In this document: positions 30,378 to 40,119 of the stretch, piece after piece
How the letters are laid out: each line of letters begins with the position of its first letter
Position numbering within the stretch: the first letter of the stretch is position 1
From: Candidatus Heimdallarchaeota archaeon
GTDB taxonomy: Archaea > Asgardarchaeota > Heimdallarchaeia > Heimdallarchaeales > Heimdallarchaeaceae
Direction of reading: 5' to 3'
Assembly (NCBI GenBank): GCA_016839945.1
Contig: JAEOTE010000108.1
Location: 25,966 to 89,965, forward strand
DNA: 64,000 bases
Position numbers and translations under genes: made by a program
Notes under the pieces: model-generated
What the model was told of the DNA's origin: nothing
Database searches by the model: none
What the model saw: only the letters and a program-made list of their open reading frames with translations

Positions 30378-31868
30378 TTAATTCTCTATCCATTTCATAG
30401 CTTTTTTCACTGCTTTTTTCCAATTTTCTAGTAGAATATTTCTCTTTTTCTCACTCATCATTGGATAAAAGTCTTTATCAATTGCAAAGTTCTTCTTGAT
30501 ATCTTCTAGACTTTTCCAATAATCTACTGCAAGACCAGCTAAATATGCTGCTCCCAAAGCTGTTGTTTCATTTATTTTTGGTTTTTGAACTATAATATTC
30601 GATATATCTGCTTGAAATTGCATCAAAGGCAAACAATTGGTTACTCCACCATCAACTCTGATTACTCTAATCTTTGTTTTAGAATCTTTTTCCATTGCAT
30701 TGAAAACATCTTCTGATTGGTAACAGATAGATTCTAGTGTTGCTCTTATGATATGTTCTTTTTTGGTTCCTCTTGTTAAACCAAGTAGAGTCCCTCGAGC
30801 ATATGGATCCCAAAATGGTGCCCCCAATCCTGTAAAAGCTGGCACAAAAACTACACCTTGTGTATCAGAAACATCGTTCATTATACTCGTTAATTCTTCC
30901 TTGTTTGAGAGTATGTTTATCCCTTTCTCTAACCACTGTATTGCAGCACCTGTAATAAACACACTTCCTTCAAGAGCATAAGTTATATCTTTATCAATTT
31001 TCCAAGCAATAGTTGTAAGAAGGCCATTTTCTGATCTCACAGCTGTTTTGCCTGTGTTGAAAAGCATAAAATTACCCGTTCCATATGTATTTTTCACTTC
31101 TCCCTTATCAAAACAAGTCTGACCAAATAGAGCAGCTTGCTGATCACCAGCAGCCCCTGCAACAGGGATAGTCTCCTTAATGACATTCTTTTTCACTAAG
31201 CCATACGTTTCCTTATCACTACTCGGTCGAACTTCAGGTAAAATCTCAATGGGAATATTAAGAATTTCAAGCAATTCACTATCCCAAGATCCTTTGTGAA
31301 TATTGAACAACAAAGTCCTAGATGCGTTTGAATAATCAGTGACATTCTTACCTATCAAATTCCATATTAACCAACTATCGATTGTTCCAACAGCTAAACT
31401 GTTATCCTTTAATTTATCCTGAACACTTTGTGAGTTCTCAATTAACCATTTTATTTTCGTACCTGAGAAATATGGATCCAGAACTAATCCAGTCTTCTTT
31501 GTGAATACTTCATTATACCCATCTTCTCTTAATTTATCACAAATATCAGCAGTTCTTCTACATTGCCAAACAATAGCATTATGTAAAGGTTTACCAGAAT
31601 TTTTATTCCAAGCTACAACTGTTTCTCTCTGATTTGTTATTCCAATAGAACATATATCTGAAAATTCTATTTTAGAAGAAACAACTGCATTATTAATCAC
31701 TTCTTGAGTTTTTTCCCAAATTTCAGTAGGACTGTGTTCAACCCAACCTGGTTGAGGATAAAATTGTTCATGCTCTATGTAAGATTTTGATATCTCCTCT
31801 CCTTTCTTGTTAAAAATCATAGCTCTTGTTCCAGTTGTCCCCTGATCTATGCTTAGCACATACTTCAT
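30378..31868 (-). CDS. glpK: Glycerol kinase
   Basis: DQGTTGTR, GITNQRET, WQCRRT, PYFSGTK, GDQQAALFGQ, KNTYGTG, ETTALGAA. Confidence 0.98.
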   Translation of the reverse strand: MKYVLSIDQGTTGTRAMIFNKKGEEISKSYIEHEQFYPQPGWVEHSPTEIWEKTQEVINNAVVSSKIEFSDICSIGITNQRETVVAWNKNSGKPLHNAIVWQCRRTADICDKLREDGYNEVFTKKTGLVLDPYFSGTKIKWLIENSQSVQDKLKDNSLAVGTIDSWLIWNLIGKNVTDYSNASRTLLFNIHKGSWDSELLEILNIPIEILPEVRPSSDKETYGLVKKNVIKETIPVAGAAGDQQAALFGQTCFDKGEVKNTYGTGNFMLFNTGKTAVRSENGLLTTIAWKIDKDITYALEGSVFITGAAIQWLEKGINILSNKEELTSIMNDVSDTQGVVFVPAFTGLGAPFWDPYARGTLLGLTRGTKKEHIIRATLESICYQSEDVFNAMEKDSKTKIRVIRVDGGVTNCLPLMQFQADISNIIVQKPKINETTALGAAYLAGLAVDYWKSLEDIKKNFAIDKDFYPMMSEKKRNILLENWKKAVKKAMKWIEN

Positions 31869-31901
31869 TGTTAAACTAAAAAAACGATTATTAAAAACGT
31901 T

Positions 31902-33149
31902 TTAGGTTTTATATTCAAGAATTTTTTCTGTCTTAACTTTTTTTGAGCTAGGTATAGATTTAAGGGTTTCAAAGGGTTTTTCAATTATTGCTTTTTTATC
32001 CTTTGTAGAATAGTATCTTCCTCTCCAATTAACTTTCTTACCTCTTAATCCAGTAATTATTGCTGCTCCAATAACTATGAAGTTTAGAATTTGTGTTATT
32101 GGGAAGAACAAATAATAATACCATTTTGTGTCCCCTCTTTTTATCCAGTATAGATATACTGCTAAAGCATATGCAAGGTAAAGCCCTACATTTACAAATA
32201 TCCCAATTGTGTAATCGAACCACATCCAACTTGGTCTGAATATAAAGGATTGAATAAGAAAGTATGGTGCAAAGAGGAAGTATATTAACCAGAAGATTAC
32301 AAACATTATTCTCCAAGGTGCGAGTGTAATTAAGCCACCCCAAATACTTCTCCTAAATGCCCTATAGAATTGTGAGAAACCTTCAGGGTACATTCTTGTT
32401 TTAACAATTTTTACTCCATCTATGAAGCTAAGTTTTAGTTCTTTTTCTTTACATAACTTTGCTAAAGCTACATCTTCTACAAGTGAATCACTAACTGCTA
32501 AATGCCCTCCCAGTTTAATATACCCTTTGCGAGTAAACATCATATATTGTCCTGAAGCTAAAAATGCATCTTTGCTATAAGGATTGTTAATTTCATTTCT
32601 TGGTCCTCCTGCAAGAAAACTTAAGAAATAGAGAAAACTTGGAAGAAACTCATGCCATTTGTTTGCTTTTTGATATGGAAATATTGAGAAAAGTACAGAT
32701 TCGGTACCCAAAAGATGGGAAACTGAAATCTTGAGAGATTCTGATTGATGAGTAGTATCTGCATCAGTAAATAACAATATTTCTCCTTTCGAGGCTAAGT
32801 AACCAACATGACATCCATAAGATTTACCAATCCAACCAGTGGGTAGATTTTCATCAATTATAACTTTAACTGGGTATTTTTTAGCAATCTCGATTGTTTT
32901 ATCCTTTGAACCTCCATCCACCACAATTATTTCTTTATTTGAATACTCAATAGCAAGAAGACTCTCTAAACAATTTCGAATATTTAGTTCTTCTTCTAAA
33001 GTTGGAACAATTATACTCACAGAGGGAAGATCCCTTTCATCCAATCCTACGAATTGCCAGCCATTCCTGCTATACTGCAGTAGAACAAGAAAATATGCAA
33101 AGCATAATATGACTAAAGCAATATAGATAGACTCTAAAACAAATCCCAT
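31902..33149 (-). CDS. Membrane GT2 glycosyltransferase (CrtQ/HpnB-like lipid glycosyltransferase)
   Basis: N-terminal TM, VVDGGS.D.T, GWIGK, FTDADT, EDVALA, C-terminal TMs, WRGR. Confidence 0.85.
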   Translation of the reverse strand: MGFVLESIYIALVILCFAYFLVLLQYSRNGWQFVGLDERDLPSVSIIVPTLEEELNIRNCLESLLAIEYSNKEIIVVDGGSKDKTIEIAKKYPVKVIIDENLPTGWIGKSYGCHVGYLASKGEILLFTDADTTHQSESLKISVSHLLGTESVLFSIFPYQKANKWHEFLPSFLYFLSFLAGGPRNEINNPYSKDAFLASGQYMMFTRKGYIKLGGHLAVSDSLVEDVALAKLCKEKELKLSFIDGVKIVKTRMYPEGFSQFYRAFRRSIWGGLITLAPWRIMFVIFWLIYFLFAPYFLIQSFIFRPSWMWFDYTIGIFVNVGLYLAYALAVYLYWIKRGDTKWYYYLFFPITQILNFIVIGAAIITGLRGKKVNWRGRYYSTKDKKAIIEKPFETLKSIPSSKKVKTEKILEYKT

Positions 33150-33283
33150 TTTATAACTCCATTGTGAGTATTGATTATATGGAGTAATAAGTAATATATA
33201 TATTTTATGAGTGGAAAACAATGCACTTTTGAATTTATTTCTTCAGAAGAAATAGAAGTAATTAATAAGAAAAGAAATGAAAA

Positions 33284-34249
33284 TTAAGTTGTTTGAATAG
33301 GACCTTCAGGAGTCATGTAAACAGTATGTTCATGCTGTGAAACATAAGCGTCTGAAGTATCAGATAAAACATGGTATTGATACAAGGCTCCTACTTGGAT
33401 TAATTCTCTAATTCCCATTTTAGCTTTTGCTGTACCCATTGCTTTGTAAATCCATCTTGTTGCTACAGGGAGTCTGTGATAATCCCTTTCCAACAGATAT
33501 CTTACTTGTTTTGCAGCATCAGTTCTTAATGGAAAACGACCTTCTGCTAGTCTAACAATATATAGTTTTGTTCTATCTGCGTGTGATTCTCCGGATCCAG
33601 TTGTTGCGAAAGTTTCTATTGCATATGCTTCATCTTGAAGTATTAGATCTCCTTTTCTACCTCCGACATTTGGAATAGTTTTAGGACCATGAACTCGATA
33701 AGGTAACAGAAGATGTCCAGACAGATCTTTCACAGTTGTATATCCATAACCTTCAATAATACTTTCTATCAAATCTCCAAGTTTACCTGTATATCCTCCA
33801 ACACGGATTACTTTTGCTGCAGTTTCTGTTGCTTCTCGACTAGCTTTGATTAAATCAGTATGTACATCGTTAAAAGCAACGGTTAATGCAGTATCTGCAA
33901 TAAAACCATCGTTTTGAACTCCCACATCGATTTTAACTACATCATTTCTTCTAATAATAAGTTCATCTTCCCAGGGAGATGAGTAATGTGCAGCATGATT
34001 GTTTATTGCAACATTTAAAGGAAACGCAGGTTTCATTCCAGCTTCTTCAATCATTTTATCAGCTGTTTCACACAAAGTAAGTGCTTTTACACCAGGTTTT
34101 GCCTTTTCTTTAATATGCTCTCGAATTTTCTTAGCTACTTCGCCTGCTTTCTTATATTTATCTAAAGGAGTTTCTTCAATTTCTTCCTCTTCAACGGTTT
34201 CCTCTGCTTCTTCTTTTTTATCTGCAACCTTTTGTTTTTCGCTAGCCAT
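33284..34249 (-). CDS. map: Methionine aminopeptidase type II
   Basis: AFP, AAHYS, KIDVG..DGFIAD, GH, AIETF, SQHEHT; GGTGA RBS. Confidence 0.95.
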   Translation of the reverse strand: MASEKQKVADKKEEAEETVEEEEIEETPLDKYKKAGEVAKKIREHIKEKAKPGVKALTLCETADKMIEEAGMKPAFPLNVAINNHAAHYSSPWEDELIIRRNDVVKIDVGVQNDGFIADTALTVAFNDVHTDLIKASREATETAAKVIRVGGYTGKLGDLIESIIEGYGYTTVKDLSGHLLLPYRVHGPKTIPNVGGRKGDLILQDEAYAIETFATTGSGESHADRTKLYIVRLAEGRFPLRTDAAKQVRYLLERDYHRLPVATRWIYKAMGTAKAKMGIRELIQVGALYQYHVLSDTSDAYVSQHEHTVYMTPEGPIQTT

Positions 34250-34373
34250 TATTTTCACCAGAGTTGAAAACTTCTTGTAATTTGTATATTTAACTTTGAT
34301 GTTTTAACACAATGTACATGCAAAACTTTGAATACAAAGGTATATTTAAGAAAATTCCATATTAATATCGAAG

Positions 34374-34637
34374 ATGTCAAAAGGAAAACAAGCTAAAAAT
34401 CTCAGTTGGCCATCAATACTTTTGTTGATTTTTATCATCCTGAAACTTACAAATGTAATCGATTGGTCATGGTTATGGGTCTTATCTCCTTTATGGATTG
34501 GAGCAGCTCTTGGACTCCTATTCTTTCTGGTAATTGGGTTGATACTATTAGCTGCAATTATAGGAATAGTAAGAAAAGAATCAAGAGTAGTGTCTACAAT
34601 AAGGGGAATGTTTAGAAAACAAGAGCAAGAAAGCTAA
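34374..34637 (+). CDS. Small membrane protein of the TMEM185/Fragile-X-F transmembrane repeat type
   Basis: LIFIILKLTNVIDWSWLWVLSPLWI signature. Confidence 0.7.
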   Translation: MSKGKQAKNLSWPSILLLIFIILKLTNVIDWSWLWVLSPLWIGAALGLLFFLVIGLILLAAIIGIVRKESRVVSTIRGMFRKQEQES

Positions 34638-34735
34638 GATTAGAAACAATATTTACACAAGAAAGCAAAATATTCTTAAACAACGAACTTTTCATTTTTT
34701 TAGTTTACTTAAATTAAAAACCAATGTGATTAATT

Positions 34736-36106
34736 ATGGTACTCAACTTACAAGAGATTTTGAATAAAGTCCCTGATTATAAAGAGTTCATGACAGTTGA
34801 TGAACTTGATGAATCAAGCAGGAAATTAGCAGAACAGTATGATAGTGTTGATTTATTAGAAATTGGAAAAAGTGATAAAGGAAGACCAATTTTATGCTTA
34901 AAAGTTGGTAATGGAAAGAAAAATGCACTGTTATTTGCATTCCCACATCCCAATGAACCGATAGGTAGTATGACTGTCGAATATCTATCAAACTATCTTC
35001 CAAAGAATCCTAAACTTCTTCAAGAATTGGATTATACATGGTATTTCATAAAAGCTATTGATATTGAAGGTGCAATTCTAAATGAAGGTTGGTTCAAAGG
35101 AGATTTTACTCCATTAAAATATGCTCGTAACTACTATAGACCTCCTGGTCATGAACAGGTAGAATGGACATTTCCAATTAACTATAAAAAACTCAAATTT
35201 GATTCCCCACCACCAGAGACTAAAGCATTAATGAAAATTATTGATGAAGTAAAACCAAATTTCATGTTTAGTCTTCATAATGCAGGTTTTTGTGGTGTAT
35301 ACTGGTATGTATCACACGATATTAAGGAAATGTATCCAGAATTTATTAAACTTGTAGAAGATCAAGATTTACCTATTCATCGTGGAGAACCTGAAACCCC
35401 ATACATTAAAGAGCTTCATTCTGCAGTCTATAAAATGTTTGGAATTCAAGAAGCATATGATTTCTATGAAGAAAACGGAGTTGAAAATCCTCAAGAATTG
35501 ATAAAAAACGGAACTTCATCAGACGATTACCTTAAGAGGGTAACTAATAATCAAGGTTATACATTAGTTTGTGAAATGCCATATTTCTACGATAAAGCAT
35601 TAGATGATGATTCTACATCTGAATATGATAGACGAGAATTAGTACTAGACAGAATTAACTTCAGCTTAGAGATGTATAAGTATACCAAAAAACGATTTGA
35701 ACTGATTCGTGAATTTTGCAATCCAAAATCTCGAATATTTACATCTCTTGCAGACTATTTCGATAATTTTGAAAAAAGAATAGAACCTCGAATCCATTTT
35801 GCTAAAACTTCAGATAAGTATGAAGGTAAAGCAACTGTAGCTCAAGCTTTTGATTCGATGGTAGCAAGCCGATATTACAATTCTTTTGGATTAGCAATGA
35901 CATCAAGATTATGTACAGAAGTAATAAAAACCTACCCTGATAAAAGTGAAGAAGTAGCATTTATTAAATCAGAATTAGACTCAAAAGTAGAGAAGATGAT
36001 TGAAGATGTGTTAAGTAAAACAGTCTTTGAAGTAATTCCAATCCAAAAACTCGTAAAAGTTCAAGTTGGATGTGCATTAATTGCAATGAAACATCTAAAG
36101 GATTAA
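34736..36106 (+). CDS. M14 zinc carboxypeptidase family protein
   Basis: IGKSDKGRPI, HPNEP (HxxE), PPETKAL, SLHN, CEMP. Confidence 0.88.
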   Translation: MVLNLQEILNKVPDYKEFMTVDELDESSRKLAEQYDSVDLLEIGKSDKGRPILCLKVGNGKKNALLFAFPHPNEPIGSMTVEYLSNYLPKNPKLLQELDYTWYFIKAIDIEGAILNEGWFKGDFTPLKYARNYYRPPGHEQVEWTFPINYKKLKFDSPPPETKALMKIIDEVKPNFMFSLHNAGFCGVYWYVSHDIKEMYPEFIKLVEDQDLPIHRGEPETPYIKELHSAVYKMFGIQEAYDFYEENGVENPQELIKNGTSSDDYLKRVTNNQGYTLVCEMPYFYDKALDDDSTSEYDRRELVLDRINFSLEMYKYTKKRFELIREFCNPKSRIFTSLADYFDNFEKRIEPRIHFAKTSDKYEGKATVAQAFDSMVASRYYNSFGLAMTSRLCTEVIKTYPDKSEEVAFIKSELDSKVEKMIEDVLSKTVFEVIPIQKLVKVQVGCALIAMKHLKD

Positions 36107-36135
36107 GTAATTGAAAAAAGAAAAAGGAAGAAAAA

Positions 36136-37920
36136 TTAGAAAAATCCTGGAAGTCCTTTGAAAACGCAAACTACTGCAGCAAGGAAGAGTAGGAATACTA
36201 AAATCCAACTAGCTATATCTTTGTTTGAACTGAATCTTCGACCATCAGGAGTAAACATACGTTTTATCATAACAATTGGTCTAGGAGTACGTCGGTACCA
36301 ACCTTCAACAGTAACTTGAGAACCTATAAGACGTTCAACTCGGAATAGTGCAGTGAAGAAGCGCATGAAACCGAATACAGGATTGTAATCTAAAGTTATG
36401 ATACCAGAAGGATCTTGAAGAACAACATCTTCACTGAAATAATATCCTGGAGTACCACGACCAATTATAGTTCCTTTAAGATATATTGGTTTTCCTCTGA
36501 ATGGAGATGCTTCCGCAAAACCATCATCTGACACGTCTGTTACAGCATTCATGATTGATATGAGTGGAAGATCTTCACCAAGTTTGGGATAACGGACTCG
36601 AACTCTCCATATCCAAATCAAAGCAGCTAAACCGAAACCACCAGCAATACCATACCAATTCCATGCATCAGTACCGAATAGGAAGGTTAGTGCTCCAAGA
36701 CCAGGAAGGATGAAAATCAATGCAGGTGCAACATACATAAGGAAAATGTCTACCAAAAACTCGTCTAATAATGTCTCTTTTATCATGTCAGCTCCTAACA
36801 TTGGGTATGTTCTTTTCATCCCCATTTCTAGTGATAGATCATCTAGAGCTAGCAGTCTTTTTGCAGCTAATGGATGAGTTGATTGCAATTCTAAGAAACT
36901 TCCCCATGGATTTTCTAAATCCCAAGCTGCTGCTTTCACAACCATATCAGGGTCAATGTCCCCAACTTGTGATTGAGCATAAGCAGTCATCACTAATCCT
37001 CTAGCAGCTTTTATATCGAAGATATTCAATGATCTTGATGCGTTAGTAAAACCACTTCTATAGTAAGTTCTAGTTCTTGTTCTTCTGTCTACGTCTTTAT
37101 TATTAATTGTTTGAGCATCTTGTGCTTGAGTTTGAACCATCCCGTATGCAATCTTTACTAATGCTGTTGAAAGACCTTTGGGATTCTTGGTTTGTTCTCC
37201 AGAAAATCTATCAGCATAGTATTCTCTGACTCTACTTAAGAAGAGTACTAGAAATTGACTTACAATGTAGAAGAAATATGACACAACCATTGTTATAAGA
37301 GCAGCTGCGGCAATATATCCCGCTCCTTTATTATCTCCTCCACCTGAAACAGCACCAGACCTAAGCATTACTCTAGAGAAGAGATAAAAGGTATAGAGAA
37401 TCATAGGAACTGCGGCAGCTAGAGTCATAAATAAGAAATCTCTATGAGCTATATGTCCTAATTCATGAGCTACAACGGCTCTTTGTTCATCAGGAGTTAA
37501 AAGATTGAGAATACCATCTGATAAGACAATTCGAGCATTCTTCTTAAAACGACCATATGTTAAAGCTGTTGGCATTTGATCATGTATCATTCCTATTTTC
37601 TTAACCGAAATATTATGTAGTTGACTTTGCTCAACAATCAATTCAGCTAGATGAGGTGGTAATGACATTGGATCAATCCATGACATTTTATGAAGCCACC
37701 TAAAGTTTAAATCTAGTAACCAAGGTGAGATCAAAAATTGTAGAAAGATAATCCCTAAAGTTATCAAAATTGGTAATAGTATAAAAGATGACATCCCTAA
37801 AGCTTGTTGGAAATCTCCGTAAACATACGCAATTGCTATTGCAGCCATGGATAATCCATAGACCATGCCCCATAGAACAATAAGAGTAAGCATTCCTCTA
37901 AAAGCGATTCTTAATTTCAT
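36136..37920 (-). CDS. htpX: HtpX-like M48 membrane zinc protease with long C-terminal extension
   Basis: HELGH, SRVREYYAD, LSTALVKI, STHP; extra TMs and beta-rich C-terminal domain. Confidence 0.88.
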   Translation of the reverse strand: MKLRIAFRGMLTLIVLWGMVYGLSMAAIAIAYVYGDFQQALGMSSFILLPILITLGIIFLQFLISPWLLDLNFRWLHKMSWIDPMSLPPHLAELIVEQSQLHNISVKKIGMIHDQMPTALTYGRFKKNARIVLSDGILNLLTPDEQRAVVAHELGHIAHRDFLFMTLAAAVPMILYTFYLFSRVMLRSGAVSGGGDNKGAGYIAAAALITMVVSYFFYIVSQFLVLFLSRVREYYADRFSGEQTKNPKGLSTALVKIAYGMVQTQAQDAQTINNKDVDRRTRTRTYYRSGFTNASRSLNIFDIKAARGLVMTAYAQSQVGDIDPDMVVKAAAWDLENPWGSFLELQSTHPLAAKRLLALDDLSLEMGMKRTYPMLGADMIKETLLDEFLVDIFLMYVAPALIFILPGLGALTFLFGTDAWNWYGIAGGFGLAALIWIWRVRVRYPKLGEDLPLISIMNAVTDVSDDGFAEASPFRGKPIYLKGTIIGRGTPGYYFSEDVVLQDPSGIITLDYNPVFGFMRFFTALFRVERLIGSQVTVEGWYRRTPRPIVMIKRMFTPDGRRFSSNKDIASWILVFLLFLAAVVCVFKGLPGFF

Positions 37921-37985
37921 AAGTATCAAGATAAAAACGTCACACTAGTATATATTGCTTTGTTTTAGAATTATACAGAATTATA

Positions 37986-38636
37986 CTAGATGAAGGAAAG
38001 GATTCCACTGATTTTTTCAATAGTTTGATAAGATTCAGCAGAGAATTTTCTTGTTCCAGGAGCACCTTCCTTTTTGAACAGTATAAAATCAATTTCTCCA
38101 TTCTTTGCTGTTTCAGCATCCAACCAAGAATCTCCAATAAAAAGAACATCACTCTTTTTTCTTTTGAACTCTGTTAAGATTCTTTCTAATCCTTCTAAAT
38201 GAGGTTTACTTCTTATCACATCATCTCTAGTTAAAACATAATCAACAAGATCGATGATGTTAAATTTTTCTAATGCATAATCTGTTAGTTTTCTTGAATT
38301 ATTAGTATAGATTACATTTATGCAGTTTAGATCTTTTAGTTTCTGTAAAGTTGCAATTACATCATCATCTATTGTTGCTTTTTCATATCCTTTCAGCTCA
38401 TATTTTTGAATAATATCCCACGCTTCTAACAATTTTTCTCCATTGAGTTCACTGCCCTTGATAAAACTGAGCATATCCAAAATAGGTATAGGATTGTTTA
38501 ATAATTCATTATATTTCTCCTCATGAATAATATCCTTCAATATCTGTAATATCTTCATTCTAATTCCCTCATAATCTATATCTGACTGTATTAAAGTCCC
38601 ATCCATATCGAATATAATTAAATCATGGTTTGCCAT
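37986..38636 (-). CDS. HAD-family hydrolase
   Basis: FDMDGTL, YTNN, KPH, IGDSWLD. Confidence 0.9.
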   Translation of the reverse strand: MANHDLIIFDMDGTLIQSDIDYEGIRMKILQILKDIIHEEKYNELLNNPIPILDMLSFIKGSELNGEKLLEAWDIIQKYELKGYEKATIDDDVIATLQKLKDLNCINVIYTNNSRKLTDYALEKFNIIDLVDYVLTRDDVIRSKPHLEGLERILTEFKRKKSDVLFIGDSWLDAETAKNGEIDFILFKKEGAPGTRKFSAESYQTIEKISGILSFI

Positions 38637-38755
38637 TATTCTTTTCACTTTCAAGCAATTTTATATCTATTTTTAATAAATTTTAGCATTAAACTTCTAT
38701 TAATAGAATAGGTAATCTTTTATTATCTTTTATTGTTATTATTTTTGATGTTAAA

Positions 38756-39979
38756 TTGACTTCAAATGTCCCTGAATTTCAAATAATTCACTATGAACCT
38801 CTTTATTCAGACCTTAATCTTGTTTTCAACACAGTATTAGAACTCTCCAATGATTTCAAGGAAAAAGGAGAGGATAATGTTAACATCCGTGTTCTTGCAT
38901 ATTTCTATGAAGGATTGTTGAACATTATCAAAGGAGATGACCTATACAGACAAAAGCAGTTTGGTCAATCGTTAGAACACTTCGAGGATGGACTCAAGTT
39001 AATCAACAGATCTAGAGCTTCAAGAGGAAGAGAAGGTGACCAGATTTTTGATGAAATGGTTAAGTGGATAAGCTATGCCGAAGGTATGAAAAAAATTACT
39101 GAAACTTTTAGTGAAGAGGACATTGAAAAAAGACTTTCTTTAGTAGAAGAGAGTATAAAAGATTTTGAGATTTTCTTGGAAGGAAGGAAAAAAGAACAAA
39201 ACCGTATTGACGAGATTATTGCAAAAGCAAGAATAAGCTACGCTAACTATTTGTACAAAAAAATAGAATCTTCAAAATACATTGAAAATTCAAAGAAATA
39301 CAAGAAATATCTTCTAGAAGCAAGATCTAAATTAATGAAAGCTAATTTTCTATATAGATCATTTGATGATGAATTAACAGAACTTCAGAATGTTATAGAT
39401 GAGATAACAAAACAGCATATTGTTTTTAGAGCTGAAGGATTCTGGGATCAAGGAACAATCAACATTATGAGTAGCAATTTTGCAGAAGCTCTTCGATTGT
39501 TCATAATTGCATCTAAATATTATTCGAGAGCCAGTGAAATCTGTGAAAATTTCATGGAACAAAGGTTATATCTTGCTTTATCCAGGATAACTGAAGCTAG
39601 TAGTATTGAAGCAAATGCTAGTGAGCTATATAAAAGAAAAGACAAACCAAAACAAGCTAGTGATAAATTCATGGAAGCTGTTGAGGTAATAGATATTGCT
39701 CTAGGTCTTTTAACCAGTATTAAAAGTGAAACTCTGATTAACAACATGACAGCACAACGTTCTTTTTATGAAGCATTATCTTTGGAAACAGAGGGTATCA
39801 ATTTGTTTGATAACGAAAGCTTTGCTGAAGCTGATGAAAAATTTGAACAAGCGATGAAAAAATTGAATGAAACTCAAATAAAAGCTACAGAGGGGAATAT
39901 TGATCAGTTACTTGAATTCGTTAGAACTGCTAAAAGTGAAATTGAAGGTTATATATCTATGACAAAGGCTATGATATAA
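38756..39979 (+). CDS. All-helical TPR/alpha-solenoid-like hypothetical protein
   Basis: Recurring A...F..A/G helical pairs across 407 aa; no TM or catalytic motif. Confidence 0.6.
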   Translation: MTSNVPEFQIIHYEPLYSDLNLVFNTVLELSNDFKEKGEDNVNIRVLAYFYEGLLNIIKGDDLYRQKQFGQSLEHFEDGLKLINRSRASRGREGDQIFDEMVKWISYAEGMKKITETFSEEDIEKRLSLVEESIKDFEIFLEGRKKEQNRIDEIIAKARISYANYLYKKIESSKYIENSKKYKKYLLEARSKLMKANFLYRSFDDELTELQNVIDEITKQHIVFRAEGFWDQGTINIMSSNFAEALRLFIIASKYYSRASEICENFMEQRLYLALSRITEASSIEANASELYKRKDKPKQASDKFMEAVEVIDIALGLLTSIKSETLINNMTAQRSFYEALSLETEGINLFDNESFAEADEKFEQAMKKLNETQIKATEGNIDQLLEFVRTAKSEIEGYISMTKAMI

Positions 39980-40026
39980 TAATATGACATAGAAAACCTT
40001 AAACCTTTATTTTTTAATATATTATC

Positions 40027-40105
40027 GAAGAGTTCACTATGATGTTACAACGGTCTACGATTCTTTGAAAATGAATTGTGATGGGCGGACTGAGATGAAT
40101 TCTTC
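40027..40105 (+). ncRNA. Dual-guide box C/D sRNA (snoRNA-like) guiding rRNA 2'-O-methylation
   Basis: 10-bp terminal stem GAAGAGTTCA/TGAATTCTTC; C box ATGATGT 40039-45; degenerate D' ACGA 40057-60; C' ATGAATT 40071-77; D box CTGA 40090-93; D guide TGATGGGCGG antisense to SSU CCGCCCGUCA; D' guide TTACAACGGTCTA antisense to LSU UAGACCGUCGUGA; upstream TATA-like tract. Confidence 0.88.
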
Positions 40106-40119
40106 TTAATTTTATAATA

